Assembly: GCA_965250155.1 (NCBI GenBank)
Contig: OZ252291.1
Coordinates: 2,125,669-2,189,668 of the forward strand
Length of the DNA stretch: 64,000 nucleotides
Direction: 5' to 3'
DNA from: Gemmatimonadales bacterium
GTDB lineage: Bacteria > Gemmatimonadota > Gemmatimonadetes > Gemmatimonadales > GWC2-71-9
Under the pieces are notes generated by a model that searched no databases, had not been told where the DNA came from, and saw only the letters and a list, made by a program, of their open reading frames with translations. Within the stretch, counting starts at the first letter, position 1, and each line of letters opens with the position of its first letter. A program made the position numbers and the translations under genes. Shown in pieces: positions 1-6,797 of this stretch.

Positions 1-54
1 GCTCCCGCAACGGCAGCCGGATCTCACGGAGCGTCAACGTTCTGAGAGTTACTG

Positions 55-924
55 TCATGGGCGTGTCTTGGATGGATCCCCTGTCGAGAGATAGTAATAG
101 CCCCGATCCAGGCCCTGGTCACGACGAAACCCCACGATAGCATAATCGTGATCCATGTACCACAGCAGTACCTGGCGAGTAACCGCACGCCAAGTGAGCG
201 CGCTCTCGGGATCGGCTCGCTTGATCGACTGGATGTCTAGTGGGATCGCAACCCGAAGGGACGGAGGCGTGGGGGACGCTCCATGGTGCGGCACGGGCTC
301 GCCATTTGCTTCGGCATCAACCGTGGGACTGGCAACATCGAGTTCGGTTGCTTCCACGGCTTCACCGCGAAGGATTCTCTCGACCTGTGGATCGTCGAGT
401 CTCCACTCGACCACAAGTCTGTCCGTGCCCAAGCCGCTGTGAAGCTCGCTACCGGTGTTGCTGCCGTACATATCGGGGATGTACTCGATGGGACGGGCCC
501 CCAGGAGGTTCATGTTCAGGTGTGCGTTTCCCGCAATGAGAGGGTCATACGTCCAGAACGCCACGTCGATGCCTGCGGCCAGGAGCAGCTCTCGCTGTAG
601 GGCCTTGAGGCGCCGGCCTATTCCGATTCTGCGGTATTCCGGGTACACGGCGAGCATGTGGGACCAGTGGGCGGGGCGTCCGTCTCTCAGTCCGCTGATG
701 CCGTATACGAATCCGATTAGCCGCTCGTCGGTGTCAAAAGCGCCCGCCGCAACGCCCCCCACCTTCTGGCTGATCTGAAGTATCGAGGCAGGAACACACT
801 CTGTGAAGTCGTGCCCCCAGGTATCAAGCTGCAGTTTGACGCACTGCTCGTAATCGTTCCTAGTCTCAAACGGACGCAATACGATTTCGGCCTGGTCGGA
901 CCGGGGTGTGTCACCGGAACTCAA
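55..924 (-). CDS. GNAT-family acyltransferase (COG3375-like, D-amino acid N-acyl/succinyltransferase type)
   Basis: Motifs WSHMLAV-P-YR-GIG-LK, WTYDPL--NA-LN, GL-TDRLVVEW. Start moved to the TTG at 924, which overlaps the upstream stop (TTGA). Confidence 0.8.
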   Translation of the reverse strand: MSSGDTPRSDQAEIVLRPFETRNDYEQCVKLQLDTWGHDFTECVPASILQISQKVGGVAAGAFDTDERLIGFVYGISGLRDGRPAHWSHMLAVYPEYRRIGIGRRLKALQRELLLAAGIDVAFWTYDPLIAGNAHLNMNLLGARPIEYIPDMYGSNTGSELHSGLGTDRLVVEWRLDDPQVERILRGEAVEATELDVASPTVDAEANGEPVPHHGASPTPPSLRVAIPLDIQSIKRADPESALTWRAVTRQVLLWYMDHDYAIVGFRRDQGLDRGYYYLSTGDPSKTRP

Positions 925-2039
925 GCTTGCGTCTCCTGCCGAACGCCAATACCGGAGCGGCGCCGGATTTTCCATATCCCCAACGTCAGGACCGGCGCTA
1001 CGAACACTATCAAGAAGAGCCACGTGAGGGTGCCGTATCCCTTCGCGATGAGGTTGATCAGGCCGAAGCTCGCAACCAGGGCTCCGATCACCAGCAACGT
1101 CAAAGCGATCACGGGACGGGCATATGCACGGAGTTCTATTCCCTCTTCACGAAACCGTGTTGCCAGACGTTCGTTGACGGCGTGAATCATCCCGGTTCCG
1201 GTCTCGATGAGCGTTCCGAACAAGACGATCTGGAAGGTAAGCTGAAATGCCCGAGAGCCGAGAATATTGAGCAGGAAATTGGCCGGGATCGCCTCTCCCA
1301 GGATCTCCGGGTATTGACCGACCATCGCGAGGTAGAACAGAAGCGCCGAAAACATGGCGATGGGTCCGGTGAGGAGCCCCGCGCCGACCGCTTCGCGTCG
1401 CGTTTTGGCGTGGCGTATGGTAAACAGAATGGCAGGGATGAGCGCCAGGTTATACGCCGCGTATTCGATGCCTCCTACGATCCAATCTGTGTCGAGACTC
1501 GCTGCGCCGAATCCGGAAACGATGTCTGGGCCAAACCGCATGAAGCACCAAACGAAGAGCACGAGGTAGACCGCATACAGCACAAAGGACCACCCGGCGA
1601 AGAACTTTTCGATGACGGCGGTGCCGCGAAACGCGAGAAACCCCACGGCGATCATGATGGTGATTACACCGAAGGCGTAGGGGAGGCCGAACGTCTCCTC
1701 CAAGATGCTCCCGGCGGCTGCGGCGATGACGGCGAGGACGATCAACAGGAGCCCGAAATAGCAGATTTCGTATAGAAACCATGCCCCTCCCAGAAGGTGC
1801 TGGAAAAAGCTGCGGTAGTCGTAGCTGCCGTACATGCGGGCGAGTTCGAAGCTCGTAGCGGCTACTGCGCTCCAGATGACCGTCGACACCAGGACCATGG
1901 ACAGAAGCCCGCCGAGCGGGCCCCTGGTGAGAAAAAACTCGGCCAGCTCGCGGCCGGTGCCGTAGCCCCCCGCGATTACAACCGATTGAAAGATGAAACC
2001 CGGTAGAAAATAGCGTTTGAAGACCGACTCTCTAATCAA
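921..2039 (-). CDS. YkvI-like multi-pass membrane protein (putative amino acid transporter)
   Basis: About 10 hydrophobic segments; N-terminal VIAGGYGTGRELAEFF motif typical of the YkvI/COG3949 family. Confidence 0.8.
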   Translation of the reverse strand: MIRESVFKRYFLPGFIFQSVVIAGGYGTGRELAEFFLTRGPLGGLLSMVLVSTVIWSAVAATSFELARMYGSYDYRSFFQHLLGGAWFLYEICYFGLLLIVLAVIAAAAGSILEETFGLPYAFGVITIMIAVGFLAFRGTAVIEKFFAGWSFVLYAVYLVLFVWCFMRFGPDIVSGFGAASLDTDWIVGGIEYAAYNLALIPAILFTIRHAKTRREAVGAGLLTGPIAMFSALLFYLAMVGQYPEILGEAIPANFLLNILGSRAFQLTFQIVLFGTLIETGTGMIHAVNERLATRFREEGIELRAYARPVIALTLLVIGALVASFGLINLIAKGYGTLTWLFLIVFVAPVLTLGIWKIRRRSGIGVRQETQA

Positions 2040-2124
2040 AGCCGCCTCGCTTGATCTTTGACTCCACAGAGACCACGATTAGTGACCATCGCAAGAGAGT
2101 CCGACCTCCCGTCAAGGAAAACGT

Positions 2125-2388
2125 ATGCGTCTGCTCATCTGCGTTCTGCTGTCGTTGCTCCTGGCCGCCGGATGCTCACTGGGCCAAGGGAACATCGCAG
2201 CGCGAAGCGGCTATCGCGAGGTGGCGGAGCGCCTCACGAATTTCATTCGCCACGAGATGGCTGACAAGGGGCTGCCTGCCCTATCGATCGTGCTGGTGGA
2301 CGACCAGGAAACGGTTTGGGGGAGGCCCCCACGTTTCAGCTCGGCATGGCACCTGCGGGATAGGCGAGTTGGCCTGCACGCGACATGA
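2125..2388 (+). pseudogene. N-terminal remnant of a beta-lactamase-family serine hydrolase lipoprotein fused to an unrelated tail
   Basis: Lipobox LAAGC, then FIRHEMADKGLPALSIVLVDDQETVW; no SxxK catalytic region; ends ATGA on the next gene. Confidence 0.6.
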
Positions 2389-3350
2389 GGCAGATTGACG
2401 TACGCCGTGCGGCGGAGAGGATCACACTGCTGGCGCGACAAACGCCCGTCGTGCCTGCGCCGATACTGTCGACGCTATTGGGTGGGATCTCCGCATGGCT
2501 GAAGCTGGAGAACCTGCAAGTCACCGGGTCGTTCAAGGTGAGGGGCGCGGCGAACAAGATCGCATCGCTGGACAAGAAGGACAGGGAGCGCGGCATCGTG
2601 ACGTGTTCCAGCGGCAACCACGGTCGGGCCGTCGCCTACGTCGCCGAGGCGTTGGCGATTCCTGCGACTGTGTGTGTTCCAGAGTGGGTCGATCCGGTGA
2701 AGCTCGAGGCTATACGGCAACACGGAGCGGAAGTGGTGCTTCACGGTGCGACCTATGATGACGCGGAAGCGCGCTCATTTGAAATCCAGCAAGAGCGTGG
2801 GCTCGCCTACGTGCACCCCTTCGACGATCCACTTGTTATCGCGGGGCAGGGGACGATCGGCCTCGAGTTGGTGGAACAGATCCCCTCGTTGAGGACAGTC
2901 GTGGTACCGCTGTCGGGCGGCGGTTTGATCGCAGGGATTGCCAGCGCCGTGAAGGACTGGGATTCGGATTGCCAGGTTATTGGAGTCTCCGCCAAGAACG
3001 CGTCCGTCATGTACGAGAGTCTCAGGGCTGGTGCTCCGCGGGCTGTTCCGGAGAAGGAAACGATCGCCAGCGCACTTGCCGGAGGGATCGGTATCGACAA
3101 TCGTCATTCGTTCGACCTCGTTCGAGAGTTGGTGGATCAGCACGTACTCGTGTCGGAAGAGGAGATTCGTGAGGCGATGCGTTTCGCTGCCTCGGAACAC
3201 AATGTGGTGGTGGAGGGAGGGGGAGCGGTAGCAATAGCTGCCGTCTTATCCGAGAAACTCGTCGATCTGAGTGGGGATGTTGCCCTCGTGGTGAGCGGTG
3301 GAAATGTGGATCCGTCGCTGCTGGCCGAGGTACTGACCGCGGCGCGTTAG
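2385..3350 (+). CDS. PLP-dependent threonine/serine dehydratase (catabolic, EutB/serine racemase-like)
   Basis: KLENLQVTGSFKVRGA (PLP lysine), SSGNHG, PLSGGGL, SGGNVD; no ACT domain. Confidence 0.9.
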   Translation: MRQIDVRRAAERITLLARQTPVVPAPILSTLLGGISAWLKLENLQVTGSFKVRGAANKIASLDKKDRERGIVTCSSGNHGRAVAYVAEALAIPATVCVPEWVDPVKLEAIRQHGAEVVLHGATYDDAEARSFEIQQERGLAYVHPFDDPLVIAGQGTIGLELVEQIPSLRTVVVPLSGGGLIAGIASAVKDWDSDCQVIGVSAKNASVMYESLRAGAPRAVPEKETIASALAGGIGIDNRHSFDLVRELVDQHVLVSEEEIREAMRFAASEHNVVVEGGGAVAIAAVLSEKLVDLSGDVALVVSGGNVDPSLLAEVLTAAR

Positions 3351-3402
3351 CCGGTAGGGGTTGGTGGCCGCCCGCCTACCCCGGTCTTTCCCTCTTGTCG
3401 CC

Positions 3403-3618
3403 GGCCGGCTCGGCGACGGCACTACCACCACGAAAATGACTCCGGTGCTTGTCTCTGGGGGGCTCAGCTTCGCCTCGGTGAGCGCCGGCGAAACGCACAC
3501 GTGTGGGGTCACGACCGGTGGGGACGCGTACTGCTGGGGGGACAACTTTGAGGGCCTACTCGGCGATGGCACGACAACCAACAGCAGTGTCCCGGTGCGC
3601 GTCTCTGACCCGACCTAG
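3403..3618 (+). pseudogene. C-terminal fragment of an RCC1/BLIP-II repeat protein
   Basis: GRLGDGTT...SAGETHTCGVTTGGDAYCWGDN..G.LGDGTT = about 1.5 RCC1 repeats; no credible start. Confidence 0.75.
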
Positions 3619-3678
3619 GAGCAGAACAACACTGGCTATGTATCACGTTGGGCGGGTCCAAACGATCCGCCCTTCGTG

Positions 3679-3745
3679 CGTCCCCGAAGCGTTCGGGGCT
3701 TTGGCTGGTTGGGCCAGATCCCGCAGCGCCTCTCGCTCGGGTTGC
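3679..3745 (-). repeat. Integrase 3'-tail plus hairpin, copy A (most diverged)
   Basis: Minus strand reads QPEREALRDLA then CAA where copies B/C have TAG, followed by gccccgaacg; homologous to 4743-4849 and 6027-6124. Confidence 0.6.
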
Positions 3746-3802
3746 ACCTGTCTGCGGGCCTTTCAGCCCGAGATGTGCCCACGTTACGCCTGCCGTACCG
3801 CC

Positions 3803-3873
3803 GCAACTCTTGCGGCCCCGTGTACCACGCTTCATGTTCACGTCCTGGACGGTGGCCGATCCTGGCCCCGCCG
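3803..3873 (+). repeat. Promoter-like/leader repeat, copy 1
   Basis: Aligns with 4101-4172; TTGCGG-N17-CATGTT then cggtggccgatcctggccccgccg. Confidence 0.65.
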
Positions 3874-4100
3874 CCGTAGTAGACGCCCCCCGCTTGTTGG
3901 TGGGTGAGCAGCAGCGCTACCGACTTGCCGTGAGGGAAGAGTTCTTCACGGTCTACCAGAGTCCCAGCGCAGTCATTGCGGAATTGGAGACCCGATTCGT
4001 AGCGCGAGAGTTGCGTGACAACCCACAAAGATGGCTCTTGCTTGGTCGTGACGGACCGCCCGTTTTTGCTGCGGGGATACACCTCGGGTTATGTATCGTT

Positions 4101-4172
4101 GCAACCTCTTGCGGGCCTGTGTACTCAGCGTCATTCTCTTGTCCTAGTCGGTGGCCGATGCTGGCCCCGCCG
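4101..4172 (+). promoter_or_regulatory. Promoter-like/leader repeat, copy 2, upstream of the secreted protein gene
   Basis: TTGCGG(4109)-N17-CATTCT(4132), hairpin-like leader, then GGAGG SD and ATG at 4198. Confidence 0.55.
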
Positions 4173-4197
4173 TTCCCTTCACGCAATGGAGGATCTC

Positions 4198-4725
4198 ATG
4201 CGCGCTACAACACTTCTGATAGCGGTAGCTATAGCTCTACCCTCGTCACTCACGGCTCAGGATGATGTCATTCTCAGCGCGATGAGCGCCGACCCTCTCT
4301 CTATCTCCTACGCCGCGCGCATCACGACATGGGATGGGACGGTCGTACGGGAGGGGAACAACGGGTGGACCTGCCTGCCCGATCGCCCGGACACACCGGG
4401 GAACGATCCGTGGTGTGTGGACGAGACGTGGCTCGGTTTCATCGATGCGTTGGTCAACGGCAGAGAGCCGAACTACACAACTCTGGGTACCGCGTACATG
4501 CTTATGGGCGACACCCCGGTGAGCAACACCGACCCAGCGGCGACGGAGATGACCACTGAGGCGGATTGGGTCGAAGGTCTCGGGGCGCACCTCATGATGC
4601 TCGTTCCCGATAAGAACGCCCTGCGTAACATTTCCACCGATCCATATAATGGTGGACCGTGGGTCATGTGGCCCGACACGCCTTACGCCCATGTCATGAT
4701 CCCGATCGCCAGCTACTCGAGGTAA
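4198..4725 (+). CDS. Secreted hypothetical protein
   Basis: GGAGG SD, signal peptide MRATTLLIAVAIALPSSLTA, conserved-looking GWTCLPD-P-TPG-DPWC and HLM/HVM motifs. Confidence 0.8.
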   Translation: MRATTLLIAVAIALPSSLTAQDDVILSAMSADPLSISYAARITTWDGTVVREGNNGWTCLPDRPDTPGNDPWCVDETWLGFIDALVNGREPNYTTLGTAYMLMGDTPVSNTDPAATEMTTEADWVEGLGAHLMMLVPDKNALRNISTDPYNGGPWVMWPDTPYAHVMIPIASYSR

Positions 4726-4742
4726 GACGGGAGGTGTTCAGG

Positions 4743-4849
4743 ACCCCGAGCGTCCCAGCGGCGTTCGGGGTTTTGGCTGTCTAGGCGAGGTCTCGCAACT
4801 CGTCTCGTTTGGGTTCCTGCTCCACCAAGGCCCGCAGAAGGTGTCGGGC
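4743..4849 (-). repeat. Integrase 3'-tail plus hairpin, copy B
   Basis: Minus strand LRALVEQEPKRDELRDLA-TAG(4781-4783), then hairpin accccgagcg/cgttcggggt; near-identical to copy C. Confidence 0.85.
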
Positions 4850-4879
4850 ACGGCGCTGCAACTCCGGCTGGCAGCAGCA

Positions 4880-5040
4880 CTAACATGCAGCGTGCCGGGC
4901 AAAGCAGCAAACCACGGCGTGCCGTTCGGCGCGCGGCAGACCACTCGTCGTGATCGCCTCGAGATCCTCCTGCGCAATCCCGACCTGTTTACCAATCGCC
5001 ACGTGTGCCGCCGTGCAGTGAGTGGCAGGAGTTGAGGACC
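4880..5040 (-). pseudogene. AhpD/carboxymuconolactone decarboxylase family fragment
   Basis: With one extra base removed it reads VLNSCHYCTAAHVAIGKQVGIAQEDLEAI (N-C-x-YC-x-x-H motif); both ends missing. Confidence 0.65.
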
Positions 5041-5203
5041 GCCACCGTGAGCTGGAGCGGTGACTCACCAACCGCTCGTGTTCCTCTTTGTTCCACTTCC
5101 GCTCCGGAACTCGCCGCTGGTGCCGCGTGTTACCCTAACGAGATGTAGAGAATCATGGCGCGTCGCAGTGCGCCATCGGGTACGACCTGGAAAGGACAGA
5201 GAC

Positions 5204-5947
5204 ATGCAGGCATATACACTTCGTAACGTACTGAGCTCGTTCGTAGTGCTTGCCATCGCAGGGTGCGCCTCCCTGAAGGTCCGAACGGACTACGATGAGC
5301 TCGCATCATTTGCCGAGCTGCGCACGTATGATTGGGTCGACCAGGGGGTGCATGAACCCCTTGTGGCCGACAACGGAGATGGATACTCCACCAACGGAAA
5401 CGGCTCCGGCAGCGCGGAGCCCGCGATCCATAGCCCCATCCTCGAGCGGCGCATTCGAGGCGAGATCGATAGTGAGCTCGCGCGTCTGGGCTACCGAAGG
5501 GACGCGTCAGGCGCGCCGGACTTCCGAGTCGCCTTCAAGGTGCTCACGGAGAAGGAAACGGATACCTACTCCGGAGGGTACGGAGGGTCCTACAGCCCAT
5601 ACTCCTTCGGGCATGGTCATTTCGGCCACGGTGGCTTCGGGCACGGTGGCTTCGGGCACGGTGGCTTCGGGCACGGTGGCTTCGGGCACGGTGGCTTCGG
5701 ACACGGTGGCTTCGGACATTTGGGCCTCTCACCGTACTACGGGTCATCGTACTACGGGCCCGCCATCGTGCGACAGTACGTGCGAGGCACCTTGGTGCTG
5801 GACATCGTCGACGGCCGCATGAATGAGCTCATCTGGCGCGGTTGGGCAACGGATCGATTAGACGACGATCCCAAGCCAAAGCAGGTTCGGCACTACGTGA
5901 CCGCGGCGGTGCAGAAGATTCTCGAGGAGTTCCCCCCGGCCGGCTAG
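5204..5947 (+). CDS. DUF4136-family lipoprotein with His/Gly repeat insertion
   Basis: Lipobox LAIAGC, VRTDYD..ASF...RTYDW, Y..GTLVLDIVDG..NELIWRG, ILEEFPP C-terminus. Confidence 0.85.
   Translation: MQAYTLRNVLSSFVVLAIAGCASLKVRTDYDELASFAELRTYDWVDQGVHEPLVADNGDGYSTNGNGSGSAEPAIHSPILERRIRGEIDSELARLGYRRDASGAPDFRVAFKVLTEKETDTYSGGYGGSYSPYSFGHGHFGHGGFGHGGFGHGGFGHGGFGHGGFGHGGFGHLGLSPYYGSSYYGPAIVRQYVRGTLVLDIVDGRMNELIWRGWATDRLDDDPKPKQVRHYVTAAVQKILEEFPPAG
5606..5725 (+). repeat. 15-bp coding tandem repeat, 8 units (FGHGH, FGHGG x6, FGHLG)
   Basis: ttcgggcacggtggc unit repeated with third-position variants. Confidence 0.95.
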
Positions 5948-6026
5948 GACAATGGTCGACATGGTGCACCGCCTCAAGGTTGGTTCCTTCAGGGCCACCC
6001 CCTCTCATCCTGGCCTCGGGCGTAAT

Positions 6027-6055
6027 GCCCCGAACGTCCCAGCGGCGTTCGGGGC
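6027..6055. terminator. GC-rich hairpin between convergent DUF4136 and integrase genes
   Basis: Perfect 10-bp inverted repeat gccccgaacg / cgttcggggc with 9-nt loop; no clear U-tract. Confidence 0.55.
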
Positions 6056-6064
6056 CTTGGCTGT

Positions 6065-6433
6065 CTAGGCGAGATCCCTCAACTCTTCTCGTTTGGGTGC
6101 CTGCTCCACCAGGGCCCGCAGGTGTTCTCGGGCCAGGTGGGTGTACTGCATGGTAGTCCGAAGATCAGCGTGACCAACCGCCTCTTTCACGTGCACGGGG
6201 TTCTGACCGTCGGCCAGCCATGCCGTCACTCGACGGTGCCGGAGATCGTGCTGAACGAAGTCGGACGGAAGCTTGGCGCGCTTGGTCGCGGTCCTGAACG
6301 CATCGTACAGCGAGCGGATACGTTCTCCCTTCTTGTGATGTCGGCGTGAGATCGTGTGATGGAAGATCCAGGGCGAGGGCTGACCGTTGTATTGTGCGAA
6401 GCGGTAGCGGGCGAAATGCGCATTCTCGGCCCC
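6065..6433 (-). pseudogene. Tyrosine recombinase/phage integrase, C-terminal catalytic fragment (not in ORF track)
   Basis: Open frame without a start: ...SPWIFHH...DFVQHDLRHRRVTAWLADGQNPVHVKEAVGHADLRTTMQYTHLAREHLRALVEQ...RDLA*; HxLRH, GH and catalytic Tyr present, N-terminal part absent. Confidence 0.9.
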
Positions 6434-6435
6434 CT

Positions 6436-6795
6436 ATGCCGATGGTGCCGGCGGCGGAGATGGCCGCACGCCTCGAGGAATTGTCTCCAGTTGGAGACAC
6501 GGCGCCCGACGGTGCACTGGCACCAACACCAACGTGGCAAGAACGTCTATGGACCGCTCCACCGGAAACCCGGATCGGCCGGCAGGAGCTGCTCGACGCG
6601 GTGGGCCGATCGGAGAATTGGCTTTACCGACACACCGGCGTGAAAGCTAAGTGCTCACGGATCCCGTGTCGGAAGCTCGATGGCGAGCTCGTGTTCCTGG
6701 TGGGTGAGGTGCGCCAGTGGATACTTGAGCACGAGGAAATGGTCATGCCAGGGCGGACGGCGCCGTTAGTCGGTCCCATGAGACGGCGCGCGTAA
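6436..6795 (+). CDS. Excisionase/AlpA-like HTH DNA-binding protein (possibly 5'-truncated)
   Basis: IGRQELLDAVGRSENWLYRHT...IPCRKLDGELVFLVGEVRQWI resembles a winged-HTH xis fold; adjacent to the integrase fragment. Confidence 0.65.
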   Translation: MPMVPAAEMAARLEELSPVGDTAPDGALAPTPTWQERLWTAPPETRIGRQELLDAVGRSENWLYRHTGVKAKCSRIPCRKLDGELVFLVGEVRQWILEHEEMVMPGRTAPLVGPMRRRA

Positions 6796-6797
6796 GA

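Noticed and set aside
3648-4265. 205-aa ORF across the repeats
   Set aside because: Spans the integrase tail and both promoter-like repeats; only ~3890-4075 looks protein-like and I could not assign it.
3679-6124. CRISPR array or classical integron attC array
   Set aside because: Repeats are long, diverged, about 1.1-1.3 kb apart and protein-derived; no cas genes, no attC R-box structure and no recognisable IntI-specific features in the integrase fragment.
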